From Isurus oxyrinchus (lineage: Eukaryota): 64,000 bases of DNA. The notes under the pieces are model-generated. The model was not told the origin of the DNA and ran no database searches. It was given only the letters and a program-made list of their open reading frames with translations. The translations under genes and the position numbers were made by a program. The stretch covers positions 7,192,001 through 7,256,000 of the forward strand of contig JANJGN010000034.1 in NCBI GenBank assembly GCA_026770705.1, given 5' to 3'. Shown one piece after another: positions 11,458-24,949 of this stretch; position 1 is the stretch's first letter, and every line of letters starts with the position of its first letter.

Positions 11458-11769
11458 GTCAGAAAAACTCGTTTGCTATCTCACTATCGTGCTTTCCATT
11501 CAATTGGACAAGGTTTGAAAGATATTACACAATCCCCGAAGCAGAGTTCTATTCTACAAGTGGAACTGTTGCAATGACATTTAGCCTTGAAATAGGCAAT
11601 GCACGCATGTGTCCCCGGCGGTAGTAATCACTGTCCATAATACCGACATGGGAAATAATTAATGGTGCATTAAATAAAATTCACATAAAGATGTTGCACT
11701 AACTTCAATCTATTGTACAAAAATTCATCTTTGGTGCAGGAGCAAAACTGGACAGCAGCTGGACAGTGG

Positions 11770-12075
11770 ATCCTTAGGCTGCACCTTACAAACCTATAAC
11801 CACTACCATCTAGAAGGGCAGGGGAAGCAGATACAAGGGAGCAACACGACCTGGAATTACCACTCCAAGTCGCTCATGTCCCGAGTCGTTGAATATATTG
11901 CCGCTCCTTCACTGGGTCAAAATCCTGGATCTCCATCCCTAACAACACTCTCGGTACACCTACACCACAAGCCTGCTGCGGTTAAAGCGGGCAGCTCAGA
12001 ATAACCTTCTCATGGGCAAATAATGGTGGGTAATAAATGCTGCCTGAGCCAGCAAAGACCACATCCCATGCCATT
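11770..12075 (+). mobile_element. L2/Crack-type LINE 3' end
   Basis: ctaccatctagaagggcagggg…gggtcaaaatcctgga…taataaatgctgcctgagccagc…cacatcccatg. Confidence 0.65.
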
Positions 12076-12662
12076 TCTGAGCAGTAGAAAGTAATTGACT
12101 ACATCTGACAATGCTAAACAGCACAAACAGGCACACTGTACCTCCTTTATTATCTTTGCCAGTTTGAAGGTCGTATTCTAAAATGCAAAACGTTTACCAA
12201 CACAATATTGATTACTAGTTTTTCACTGTTGAAGAAAATCAAGATTCATCACATTCTCAAAGGATGGACAATTATTGCGTTCTTGACGCCATCAGAACAG
12301 GGATTTTCACTCAATGCTAATCTATGTCCCACGATGTTGATTATGATATCTAACTTTGTTAATTACAAATAATGCTCTGTTTGGAAAAGAGGGAAATGTC
12401 GACAGGTGGTGCTGATAAATAACAAAAATTTTAGGTGCCTGCCGATGGCACTGCGTTAAAAAGATATTGTTGAAAGTTAGCCATTTGGGAACTGCAATTC
12501 AAGCTTCATGCTGGAGCCGATCTCAATGAATAAAATTCTTAAATCAAAATTGTCTTTTGTCTGGCACCATTTGGATAAATGCGGTTAACAGATGCAAGGA
12601 TGGAGAGAGATTTTCCTAGATTTCCAGTGCAGCAAGGGTTTTCTTCTGACTTTGACAGTAAG

Positions 12663-12674
12663 CTCGATTGAGAG
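12663..12674 (+). CDS. Candidate 12-nt micro-exon (A)RLR
   Basis: ttttcttctgactttgacagtaag|CTCGATTGAGAG|gtaagg. Strong donor; needs the distal AAG acceptor (the CAG would give 16 nt, out of frame). 36+12+15=63 nt restores the 21-aa period. Confidence 0.3.
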
Positions 12675-12969
12675 GTAAGGAGGAATTTCTCAATGTATTT
12701 TCTTGTTTTCCACATGAATTGACACCATGGATCCACAAACAACAAATGAACAATATTGTGTACATTTCTCCTAATCTTCCGCTTATTTTAAAAGATGCAA
12801 TGTGTGTCCATTCAAAGGCCAAGGTTCTGCTAATGAATATATATATAGTCTCTAGCCTTTGGCAGATCAAATGAGCTAAACACATATTGTGCGCTATTCA
12901 GTTAAAGAAACACATCAGGGGCCGTAATTCCCTAGTTGATTCCCAAGGACAAGTCCTTGATCAATCAGA

Positions 12970-13210
12970 GTTGACCTCTGTGATTTGAATATAAACTAAA
13001 CTTGGCAGTTAACTGTAACTTGCTGGTGCATTGTCCGTGACAACATTTCGACCAATCATAGACTATTTGGCAACGAATCAGAACTCTCCTCTAAAGCAGT
13101 GTGAATTTCTGTTCCCTTTACAATTCTGTCTTCTTGTAAATTCTCCTGATGACTGCAAGATGGAAAGCGGTGGCAACATCGCTCTTTTCTCAGCAATACT
13201 CAAGTTTATT
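12970..13210 (+). mobile_element. Penelope-like element 3'/pLTR fragment (second family) with degenerate hammerhead motif
   Basis: ccaatcatagactatttggcaacgaatcagaactct…tcCTGATGActgcaagatgGAAAgc…tcttttctcagcaatact; related pieces at 43180-43325, 52180-52320 and 59810-59970. Confidence 0.55.
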
Positions 13211-13366
13211 TTTTCTAGCAAACCACGATATGTTCCATATTCTGATTTAATTTTTAGTTACTCATACTGAGCAATGTTAGAGTAAGTCCAAATTAGTTTC
13301 GTGTTCTTAGCTAACGATCCTGTACACACTCAACTCATGGTTATCCATCATTAATCTGCTTTACAG

Positions 13367-13381
13367 AAAAAGTAAAGAATG
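13367..13381 (+). CDS. Micro-exon 6 (15 nt): (E)KVKN
   Basis: catcattaatctgctttacag|AAAAAGTAAAGAATG|gtaggt. Confidence 0.75.
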
Positions 13382-14579
13382 GTAGGTGCATGCATATTTT
13401 GGAACCCGAAATTCGCAGTGTCAAAAAAAAAAACAAATGAAGTTCTGGTAGAAATGGCTTTGTATTGTAATTGATCCAGGTGAATGAGGGTTACCATTGA
13501 CAATAAACTCAACTGGCTCGGAATGCCAGAACGCTTAGCTCAACATATCCATATGCAAAGCCTGCTACATAATCTCCAAGGGATAATTTAGAATTACAAT
13601 GTGTAAATGCTCGCTCCAAAGGATAAGGGCCAGGTTAGCAATGCTGGAACATTTTGACATAATAGACTAAAGAACAGCCGGTTTGATTTAAATCTCAGTC
13701 ATCACCGTGAATATTGATTCCCTCCTGCACCAGCTCCTAGTGGCTCTAATATGTTACATCTATAAGATGCACCAAGGCAACCCAACAGTGGGCCTCTACA
13801 ACACCTTCCAAAACAGCCAATTTTTCCATCTAGAATAACAAGGGCAGCAAACTGTTTGGAACAAACCACTTGCAATTTCCGCCTGAGGTCATATGTCGTG
13901 CTGATTTGAAATGCATCACTGTTCCTTCCTCATCACCACCTTGAAAGCAAAGAGTTATCAGCACCATGGGCGTGTCTGTGCCACATGGACTGCAACAACT
14001 CATGGCAATAATTCGCCAGAAATTTCTGAACTGGAACTGCCATCAATGCTGGTCTTGACAACAACATCCGATGTCCATTCATGTCCTCACATTCCATAAA
14101 TATGTTAGCACTTCCAGGCTATAACCCCTGGGTGATTGCATTCCTGCCACATTGATCTCTTGCACTTCCAAGATTGCACATTCTTTGCCCACTTTCAGAG
14201 CCTGTGCAAATATTCCTCTGTGCCATTTCTCTGGAGTTTCATCCCTGAACGTTTCCTTCAATTCATTTCCCGTCTTTTAAGTCACTACTTCTTAATTACG
14301 TTTAACAGAATGCAAATAACAATTTGTCAGTGCAACACTTTTTCTCACTTAATGTTGAATTTTGATTCCAATAAAGGCGCAATGTTCAAGTAAATATTTA
14401 CTTATTTTGCCTTCACTACATTCAGTACAAGAACATAGGTCTTTTTAAACAGATTTGGGAAAGGAGACATTTGTGCCACAATTACGTACAGTTGTTTCAA
14501 TTCGATGAGCAACGTCGTGAAGCTTAAGTTGTAACGAAACACTAAGTACCTTTCTTCAAAACATTCTTTCCATTTTGCC

Positions 14580-15880
14580 GTACAGACTAGCAGGGGCGAC
14601 TTTGCATCGACCTGGATACCGGAAACGGCAATGGCACACACATGAATATCGACTCTTGAGTGCCCCATACTAGCATCTGTGGGTTGTGCCAAAGTTGGGA
14701 CAGCTACCTCAGACCCTAGTCAAGAACAGTCCAACACAGTCATACCACCGAAGCATCTGTTAAAACCAATGCCCCAGACAAAACCATCACGATAGCTCAA
14801 TATGTCCTGAGTCAGCAGCAGGCGGCATAGTGGCATACAGTTTACAGGTATTTGCACTGGGAGGCCCTCAATATTGATTCCTGACCCCAGAATGTTCAAT
14901 GACAAAAAGTGAATCATGGGAAATGATAAATCTTGTTGATTGTCGCCGGCTACTCCTTGAGCTCTCCCTTAGCTGATGAACTTCTGCTCATCCATTGTTA
15001 AGACCAGTGGAAGAAGCACTGAGTGTGGCAAGATCACAGAATGCACTTTGGGCAGTAACTTCAATGCCCATTGCCAAGAGTGGCTTGACTGCATTACTGA
15101 CCGAGATGGTGGAGTCCAAAAGAACAGTGAGGTTGCATTGTGCCTGCGGTAGAAAATTAGGGAAAAACAACAGCAAAACCCCTACTTAACCTCCTTCTCA
15201 TCAATCTCACTATCGCAGATACATTTGCCCATGACTGTATTGGTAACAATAACCATCTCACAGTCCTCATGGAGACAAAGCACTGTTTGAATACTGATGA
15301 TATCCTCGATTATGCTGTGTGACATTGCCACTGTGCTAAAGTGGATAGATTACCAATTGACGATGCAACTCAAAGCGGGGCATCACGAGGTGTAGTGGAG
15401 CATCAGCAGCAGCAAAATTCTTTTCAGCCACCCGATATTACCCTTGACACAGCATATCCCCTATTCTACCATTAGTAACAAGTGACGCCCAGGTTCAATG
15501 ATGAGTGCAGCACGATATGGCAGAAGTAGTGCCATGCTTACCTAATAATGAGTTGCCGACCCAGTGAAGGTACAAAACAGGAGTGCTTGCATGCAATCCA
15601 GCAGATGCAAGATGTGATAAACACAGCTAAGGGGTAGAACCAACGTTTCTGAAGTAAGATCTGAAATCCTGTCACACAGAATCGTGAATGGTCCTGGGCA
15701 ATTAAGCTACAGACTGGAGATGGAGGCTCCCCAATCATTCCATCCTCAGTGTTTGGGATCCCGTTACAACAGTGCAAAAGATAAGACTCAAGCATTGTCC
15801 AATATCTTCCAGAATTGCCGAATGGCTGATCCGTTTTGGCCACTTCCTGAGGGTCCCAGCATCACATGTGCCATTCTTCA
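14580..15880 (+). mobile_element. Decayed L2/Crack-type LINE, APE endonuclease region
   Basis: Remnants such as VEEALSVARSQNALW, PGSM/PWFN-like and AKDKTQALSNIFQNCR; homologous to 45480-46700. Confidence 0.65.
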
Positions 15881-16159
15881 ACCAAATCTATGGAGCCTAT
15901 TGGTTGGTTATTGGCGAATTCATATCCACGATGCTAAGCGGTATGCTGCTCATTTGCTGCTTTTTCGCTGATTAGTCCACAGCTTAGTTTTTGGAGGGTG
16001 CATTCTCGGAAAGCTGCAGCATTGTTTGCCTCTCTGCAGAAGTGCATGATGTGTGTGTAATGCGGAGGTAGGCTACACAAGGGGCCTGGCCTGTGCTGAA
16101 CCTGATTAGCAAGAAGCAACTTGGTTATGGTATTTTATACCCCAGATCGAAAGATGGAC

Positions 16160-18860
16160 TATCAAACATAGACGCATGAGGAGCAGGAGTAGGGGATCCA
16201 GCCCTTCGAACCTGTTCCAAAATTTTGAACAGCATGGTAGATTGGATTATCATCATATTTCAACTTTGCCATCGGACAACTTAGCACATGACGTCCTTTT
16301 CTGTCAAACGTCTTTCTAACTGCCTTGCATAAATTCAATAACTCAGTCTCCATTGCATACTGTGGAAGAAAATTCCACCACTAAACATTACTTGAGCGGA
16401 AGAATTTCTCATTTCCGTCTTAAGTTATAGACATCTTATTCTTAAACAGTGCTTCCTGCTCCTAGTCTCTCCCACAATTGGAAACATCCTCTTGCTATGT
16501 ACTCTAACAAGTCCACTCAGGGTCTCAGATATTTCTCTATGATCAAAGTTCACTTGTTTTAATCCCAATCGGTAAAGGCCAATCGTGTTCAACGTTTCTG
16601 CATAAGATCAACCCTTCATCCCAGAAATGAGTCGGGTCAACATTATCTGAACTGTTTCTAATGTAATCATATTTGACTCTTCAATTAAGGCCAAAACTCG
16701 AAACAACATTACAGATGTGGCCTCATCAGATGCATTAAACGTCCGTATTGTTGTACTCAATCCCCCTTGTAATAATTGCCAACATTCCATTTGCCTTCCG
16801 AATCACTTGCTCTAATTGAATTACAATGATTTGTTTGTCATTCGCGTCACAGGACACTCAAATCCCTCTGTGTCAGCGAGTTCTGCAATCTCTCGCAATG
16901 TATTTTTTATATTGCTTTTCTACTCTTCCTGCCATAGTGTACAAGTTCACATTTTTCGACATTATACTGATCTACCACATCTTTGTCCACTCACTGAAAA
17001 TGCCGATGTCCCTTTGCAAGCCCTCTAGCTCCTCTTGAAAACTTACTTTCTCACCCATCATGGTATCATGGGCAAATTTATCACCCTACATTTGTTAGCT
17101 TCGTCCAAATCACTCACGCAGCTTGTAAGTAGTAGCGGATCCGGCAGTAATGCTTGTGGCATTCAGTAGTTTTTATCTGGGAAAACAAATACGATCGAAT
17201 TACCCCTTCTACTTCCTGTTTGCACACCAATCCATGATCCAAGCTAATATGACACACCCCATTACATGTAATGGTATCTATTCCAGCAACTTTTGATATG
17301 GCAATTTAGCAAATGCCTTCTGGAAATCCAAGTACACCAAATCCACAGGTGCCCCTTTGTCCACCTTGTTTGTTACGACCTCATACAACTTCAATGATTT
17401 AGTTCAACACGATTTCCCTCTCACAAAAACAAGTTGACAATACCTGATTAAATTAGGACGTCATATTTATCTTGCTATAACGTCCTTAATAATGAATTCC
17501 AGCAATGTCACTCTGACGGGTGTTAGGCTAACTTTCCGGGTTTCTGTCTTCCAATCTCTTGAACAGCATTACATTATTTTTTCCCCAATCCAGTGGAGCC
17601 CTTGAATAATCCAAGGGATTTTGGAAGACTATAATGAATACACCTACGGTCACTTCAGACCCAGAGGGTTCAAGCAATCTGCTCTTGGGAACCTATCAGC
17701 CTTTACATCGAATAGATTTCCAAACAATTTTTCCCTAGTGATGGTGATTATTTTAATTTATTCCCTCCCGTTCATCTCTTCATTTTCAAGTATATTTTGT
17801 AAGTTCCCCTAACCTTCAGCATGAATGTACAAACAAAATACCTATCCATCGCCTCTGCCATTTCCATGTTTACCATCATCAGTTCTCCAGACTCTCTCTA
17901 TAAATGACGAAGGCTATCTTCAGTTACACTTTTCAAATGTATACACTTGTAGAAATTCATACTCTCTGCTTTCATATAATCAGTAAGATTTCACCAAATT
18001 TCTATTTCTCCCTCATTATTTGCTTTCTTTCTTTATTTTAGTTAGTATAATTATTTTTTCCCCTGGTTCATAATATTTGACCAATCATCATACGTAATAC
18101 TAATCTTTGAAATTTTGTACTGCTTTTTTCAGTCTGATACTATCTTTAGCTTACTTATGCAGCCTTGCATCATTATTCCTTCTCAAAGATCATTTATTTC
18201 ACAGTGGATATATCTTCTCCTGAGAGCTATTAAATGCCTTCTTAAATGTCTGCGCTGCATTTTATACATAGTTTCCCATTTGAGGTTAGTTTGGTTTGTT
18301 TTGTATTCTTCTAATTACCTTTATTCGGGTTCACAATACTAATCTTAATTCACATTTCCTTCCTGCAAATTGGACATGAAATTCTATCATGTCATGATCG
18401 TTGTCACTGACTTGCCCCTTTACAATGAGATGTTTCATTAGCCTTGTGTCATTTCCCATCACCAGGTCCAGGATAGCCTGCTCCCTGGCTGGCCCTAGGA
18501 TGAACTTGCTCTAAGAAATTGTCATAAATGCAATTTCTGAAGTGATGCTCCAGGACAGCATCTGCAAATCTGCTTCACCCAATCTACATGTACACTAAAC
18601 TATCCCATGAGCATTGAAGTAGCATTCCTGCACGTCTCATTTATTTCTTCCTGCACACCCTGTACTACCTTGTAACCTCAGCTAGGGTATCTATTAACTT
18701 ATTCCAATATTGACATCTAAACTTTACTACTTCTTTTCTACGCCCTAATAAATTATACATCTTGCTCTTTCCTGCCACCGTCATCTCCCACAGCAGTCCT
18801 AATAACATCGTGCATTAAAACACCTACCCAACAACATTCTGTTCACTTCTTATCTTTTCT
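16160..18860 (-). mobile_element. Long decayed CR1 LINE (3' tail, RT, part of endonuclease)
   Basis: ggagcaggagtagggg…cagcccttcgaacctgttcc tail; aaatgccttctggaaatccaagtacac = reverse of VYLDFQKAF. Confidence 0.8.
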
Positions 18861-19619
18861 GAAGGGCACAAGAGCCCTGTTGGTGACTTCTCGTGTTTCA
18901 TATTCCATCAACAAAATCAAGTGTTTGTGTGCGTGTCAGGACGGGGTGTGGGAGGGGGTGAGATGAGTTGCGTGTGTTGTTGAAAGAGGGTTCCAGTTAT
19001 GACGTTCATTGATGCATTGTATTCAGTGTCATGAACTGTCTGTTTGTGAGCTGATGATGTTTCTCAAACAGATGTACAGTACTCTGCTGCACAGTATGAC
19101 AGGGCAAGTAGTGATATCCGGAATTCTCTAGCAGCAGCACTCCACGTAGATCTGAGAATTTATGTTCGTAGATTATTTCTGCTTCTGATTCTTTCTGTTG
19201 CTTTCTTCAGTTGTACCAAAATGATAAAGCAGCAGTCAGAGCCATTCTCAAGCAGCTTGGGATCATGCTTTAGTCCCGGGGAACACATGTAAATATACAA
19301 TTTCGGGGCATTGATATTGTGGAGCAGAAGACACTGGATATAGATTGACTAGGATTTGACGTGAGAGGCCATGTGCTGCAGTAGACATGCAAAGTGGTAA
19401 GTGTTTGGTTAGGTTCCGGTTAAGGGTGCAGAAAGATGGAACTTGGGTAAATAGCACAAGCATCAAAGGCATTGGATTATGTTTAGGGAATTCGTTGTCA
19501 GTAGATCACTTGTATACATGTTACAGAGGGTTGTAGCGAGCACTGAGCCGTAGTCTGTTGACCAGACTTGGCCATGCACCTCTTACCACGAAATATCAAG
19601 AAACGGCTGAAGGCAATAG

Positions 19620-21120
19620 TTACCGCAAAGACTAAGGTACCCAACAACATTCCAGAAGACTTTGATTTCAGAACTAGACGCACCCCAAGGCAAGCATTAT
19701 TGTGCAGCTAAAAAAACAGGCGTCTATGAAAACATGGAAAACTGGCAAGGTATGTCCTGCCACAAAAAGCAGGGCAATTCCAACCCAGTCAATTACTGCA
19801 CCATCTTTCAACTTTCAATCATCATCAAAGCGATGAAAGAGATCGATGACAATGCTATCAAATGACATTTATTGAGTAATGGCCTAGTCCCTGACACTCA
19901 GTTTAGTTCCACCAGATAAATGCATTTTCTGACCTCCTTACAGCCTTGGTCTAGACAAGAGCAACATGGCCTGTGAGACAGAATTCTGTGACATCCAGGC
20001 AGATTCTCATTGAATGTGATTTCATGGACGCCCAACAATACTGAAACCAATGGGAATAGAAGTAAAATAGTCCACTGGATCGAGTCTTAACTTGCACAAA
20101 TCAAGGTGGTTGTGATAGTCGGTGGTCAATCATCTCAGTTCCAGGGCAACACTGCAGGAGTTCCTCAGCTTTTTGACCTCGGGCCAACCGTCTTCAGCTG
20201 CTCCATCAATGACATTCCCTTCAACATAAATCCAAAAGTGAGGATATTCAGCATTATTCACATCTCCTCAAACAATACATCAGCCTCTGACCATATGAAG
20301 GAACGCTTGGAAAAAATCCAGGCTTTCGCTGATAAGTGGTAAATAATATTCATGCCACACAAGTACCAGGCAATGGCAGTGTCCAAGAAGAGAGAAGCCA
20401 ACTATGTCCTCTTGACATCCAATGGCATTACCATGACTTACTACCCAATATAATCGCCTGAGGAGTGATCATTGACAATAAACAGAACTGGGCCAGTCAC
20501 AGAAATACTATGGCTGCAGGAGGGGTTCAGAGGCTTCGAAGTATGCCAACAGTAAATAGCGTGCTGAGCCCAAAATCTGTTAACCATCTGCAAGGCGCAA
20601 ATCAACAGTGTGATGTAGTACACTCTACTTGCCTTGATGAGTGCAGTTTTAACAGCACAAAAGAAGCAGGGAACACCATCCAGAGCAAAACAGCCCCTTG
20701 CTTCGCATTCCATTCGTCATCATGAATACGCACTGTATCCAAGGGCTGATGCTTTGTGACAGGACAGTGTGCCATCTACAGGATTCAAGACATGAACTAA
20801 CCAAGGGCCTTTTGATAGCACCTTCCTGCGATATCAACCATCTAGAAGGACAAGTGTGTCAGACGCATCGAAATCCATCACCCGCAAGTTCTCCACCAAG
20901 CCACAATTCATGTTGACTTTGAACTTTACAACCCATCCTTCGATGTTACTGAGTCAAAATTTTGGAACTCCCACCCTAACAGCACTGTGAGTACCTTCCA
21001 TGCATGGATATCAACAAGCCAGGAAGGCAGCTCCCCAGAACATTCTCAAGTACATTTACTGATCGGAAAGAAATAATGACCTATCCAATAACGTTCTCAT
21101 TCTATGAATGAATAAATAAA
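19620..21120 (+). mobile_element. Decayed L2/Crack-type LINE RT and 3' end
   Basis: HKKQGNSNPVNY…; AGVPQ…LGPTVFSCSINDIP; IQAFADKW; tail ending atgaatgaataaataaa. Confidence 0.8.
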
Positions 21121-21140
21121 TATACATACTATCTCTTTGT

Positions 21141-21257
21141 ACTGGGCTTGTAACCCCAAGATCAAGAGTTCAAATCTTACAATGGCAAACTATGAAACAA
21201 AGTAACTTCATCTGAATAGGAACAGATGGAAACGTGTTTGTACTCGAAAGAGTTACA
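21141..21257 (+). mobile_element. Young 5'-truncated tRNA-Thr(UGU)-derived SINE with 10-bp TSD
   Basis: TSD atctctttgt at 21131-21140 and 21258-21267. Head actgggcttgtaaccccaagatcaagagttcaaatctt resembles the tRNA-Thr anticodon arm plus B box. The 3' part has hairpins. Confidence 0.7.
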
Positions 21258-21642
21258 ATCTCTTTGTCTCCATTTGATCAACTGTCCCTTGTTATTTTGT
21301 GGATGCAAGATCAAGCTTTTTTTCTCTAGTTTTCCCGTGGATGGACTTGGAACGTTTTATTCAGATAAAAAAACAGAATAATTTGCAGCGATCCTATTAA
21401 TTATCTCTATGTTTAATAACTGTGTCTAAGTCTCTCCTGTCAGCTCTGTGGAAATATCTGTCCGTACACAATTAAGTTCGATATCCCTTCAACTCATTAA
21501 ATAATATGACAGAACACGATTGCTTTCCAATCGGTTCTCAAAGTTTATCATAAGAAAGTGAAATTTTGAATTGATTAAGATATGAGGCAGTACATTGCTT
21601 TTAAATCTTACATGCTGTGTAAATCCGTAATCTGTATTGCAG

Positions 21643-21678
21643 ATCTGAAAGGTTGCCTGGAAGCTCTAAATGATACAG
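21643..21678 (+). CDS. Micro-exon 7 (36 nt): (D)LKGCLEALNDT
   Basis: ccgtaatctgtattgcag|ATCTGAAAGGTTGC…GATACAG|gtaagc. Confidence 0.85.
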
Positions 21679-21789
21679 GTAAGCAAATCATGTTGCACAC
21701 ATATATATTTTCCTTTGAGCTATTCCCCTTCAACTAATCAAATCTCAGGCTGCATGTAATACGGAATTCGATCAATAGTGTCTGCTTTA

Positions 21790-22935
21790 TGTGAAGGGCT
21801 TCAGACAGCTTTTGCCAAGGTCTCACACAAAGGTGATCAACATGTTTACATGTTTACAGAACATGGGATTGGGGAAAATATGCTGGCGCATACTGAGAAC
21901 AAGTTAACTGAGAGAAAAAAAAGAGAGGAGGACTAAAAAGATCATTTTGAGGTTGTCAGGTTGTGATTAATGTGGTGTCGTGAGGATCAGGGTTTCGGCC
22001 CCAGGTATTTATAGTCGATATCAATAATTTGAACGATGAGGTTATGTGTCATGCTTCCAAGTTTTCAGATGACACAAGACGAGGTAGGGGTTTCCGATGT
22101 GAGGAGTATGTAATGATGCTTCAAGAGGATTTCGAGAAGCTAAGCGGGGAGGCAAAAAGTAGCAGATGGAACACAGTATTTAGAGAGGTGAGGCTATCCA
22201 GTTTGATTGGGAAAACGGCACCACAGAGCATTTCTTAAACGGCGGGAGCCTGGGAACCGTTGAAGAACAAAATGACTTATGTGTCCTTGTTCGTGAGTCA
22301 CTAAAGACTAATTGGCAGGCGCAGCAACAGTTGTACAATCGTTTGTTACAAGAGTATTTGAGTGTCAGAGGAAATGTGTCTTACTGCAATTGTATAGAGC
22401 CTGCATGAGGCCACACCCCGAGAATTCTGCGGAGGTTTCATCTCCTTATCTAAGCACATATCTAATTCTCATACAGAGGATGAACGAAAGTTCAGCAGAC
22501 AAATTTCTGTGAAGGAGCCATTATTCTACAAGGAAGGATTAAGCAGTTTTGGCGTTAATTCTATGGAGATTAGAATTCTGAGATCTTATCTCATTCAAAC
22601 ATACAACATTTTTACAAGCCACGACAGGGTAGACATAGGAATGATGTTTCTCCTGGCCTGACTGGGGAGTCTTCAACCAGGGGGTGTAGTCTCAGAATAA
22701 GAGGGAGAAGATTTAGAACTGAGAAGAGGAGGAATTTCTTTATTCAGAGGGTAGTGAAACTTTTGATTGCTCTGCCCCAGGGGGCGCTGCAGCCCCAGTC
22801 AGTCAGTATGTTCTAGACTGAGTTTGAAAGATTTCTTCATATTCAAACATGAAGGGTAAAGGTAGAGTGCGGGAAAATGGTGTTGAATTAGATCAGACAT
22901 GATATCAATGAAGGACGGAGCCTGACTTGCTTGAC
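21790..22935 (+). mobile_element. CR1 LINE RT C-terminus and 3' tail
   Basis: SKFSDDT (FADD), LLQLYRACMRPHPE, gagaagatttagaactgagaagaggaggaatttctttattcagaggg. Confidence 0.8.
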
Positions 22936-23436
22936 CATGTTACTACTTACTGGCTTGAAATTTATGGTATGAGGTCGGGTGCGGGTCCGAACCCATCGCA
23001 TGTAAAATTGCCCAAAATGACGCCGTGCTTGTGTCCCGACATCATCAGGCATGCAAACAATAAGCCGGCCAATTAAATGACCACTTAAGATTAACAGCCA
23101 ATTAAAGCCATTAAAAAGCTGATTGCCCACCAATTTACGTTGCCTTTGGGTTTTGCTGATGTCGCATGGCAAAACAGGTAGGTGGGCAGCTGGCTTTTTA
23201 ACTAATTGCCTTCCAAGGGCGGGATTGAAAGAGCCTGGAGGATTGTCATTTTGAGGCGTTTAGGAGATAATTTGTTGCTACTTCCTTTGTGAAACTGACA
23301 GCTTTATCAACGTTTTGACCTTCAGTCTTTTCATTGCTTGCCTTCAGCTCATGACTCATTGGTGTCTCCAAGGTTCTTGGAGGATTAATACTATGTGGAT
23401 CCTTCCACTCCCCAGACAACCTTCTGTTTCTCTGGT

Positions 23437-24651
23437 AATGGGGATAGTTCCACGCTGGAACCTCCAAGAGGAGGAAGGGCGGGGCAGACGTGACAGGAGG
23501 CACTGCGTCTGTAGGCAGCGTCCATGGGAGCCGACCTTGGGAGGGGAGGCACAGGCAAAGGGGATGAAGGGCCAACAGGGTATTCAAACTGGAGGGGCAC
23601 GCAGAAGAATCCAATATCCTGCTGCCAGGGTGCACAGGCAGTGATTCATATAACGGAGATGCAGTGCTACAGGAAGCTCCGCTTCGCAGCGGGTGTGTGA
23701 CGTCTATATATCAGATGATTGGGTCAGGGATCACCTCCAACTGTGGGTGGCCACCCCTTGCAAGTGGCTCCAAAGGTCACAATGGCACGCAACTCTATGC
23801 CTCCTGCTCTTTCCAGGGATCAGTGGGCGATCTTTGTGGCTGTCCGAATCAACTGTCCCGAGTTCCATGAACCTAGTGATTGATACTTTGTTCAGGTGAG
23901 CCATGACATTTATTCCTTTCTGGATGTTCGAGGCCAACCAGACTGAGCTAGCCAGAGGCGTCACAGCGATTGCTGAGTTTCCCCACATACAGGGTGACAG
24001 CAACTGCACAACTCTCGCCGTCAAGGCGCCAGTGCGTGAGCCATGTGCCATGCCAACAGGAGGTGTTTGCACTCCATGAACGTCCAGGTAGTTTCTGACT
24101 ACAGGACGCAGATTCTGCAAGTTTTAGCAAGGTACCCAGGTATCTTCAATGGGACATACATCCACCAACACTCACAGGTTCCAAGACTGTTCAGGGCTGC
24201 TGATCGACTGGATGGATGGAAGCTGGATGACCAGGCCTATCCATTGAAATGAAATGGCTTACGACGCCTCTCTGACATACCAAGAGAGAGGCAGAGCAGA
24301 GGTAGAATAGGAGTCGTGCCTCCACAAGTGCAGATTTAGAGAGGGCCATAGGTCTATTGAAGATGAGCTTTACATGCCGGCACCATTCGGGGGAAGCACT
24401 ACAATACCCTCGAAGGAACGTGTCTCTGATAGTCCTAGTGTGCGGTGCTCTTGATAACCTGGCTTTGGCAAGAGTGGAACCACAGCAGGGAGAGGATCCT
24501 GAGGCAGCTGCACAGACTGCAGATGATGACTCCAGAGGCGGGTCAGAAGAGGGTCCTGCGGATGAACACGGTGAGGGCCAGAGACATACCTCTGGAACAC
24601 TCAGGGATCCAGGAAAACCAGGGAGACCGTGGTTCAAAGCTCCTTCAGCTA
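23437..24651 (+). pseudogene. Harbinger DDE transposase (HARBI1-family), frameshifted
   Basis: Fragments YPAARVHRQ, YASCSFQGSVGDLCG, HSMNVQVVSD…ARYPG, W.L.D.AYPL, L.MSF…SGEALQY…CGALDNLA match the Harbinger transposase motif order. Confidence 0.9.
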
Positions 24652-24949
24652 GGCTGCACTGGCATTGCTTCAACCTAGTGCCGGGAGTGCTACCTCCTTA
24701 CCGAGTGGATCAAATCGCCCATTCCAAAGAACCCAAAGCCCCCTCAGTACTCGCACATTAATGTTTGGAGCCACTCGCCATCTAGGTTGAGACATTGGTG
24801 TGCACTGCACATACAAAACAAGTGAAGCATACTCAGGCCATTAACACAAAATCAAAATTGATAAAATTTTGTCACTCAAAAAAAGTCAACATAATAATGT
24901 AAGGTGTTAATGGTCACACCAGTAAACAAACTAACAAAACATGGCAGAA

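Noticed and set aside
23437-24651. Domesticated host gene HARBI1 (and NAIF1 for the partner)
   Set aside because: Multiple stops and frameshifts and transposon-style convergent layout indicate a dead transposon copy.
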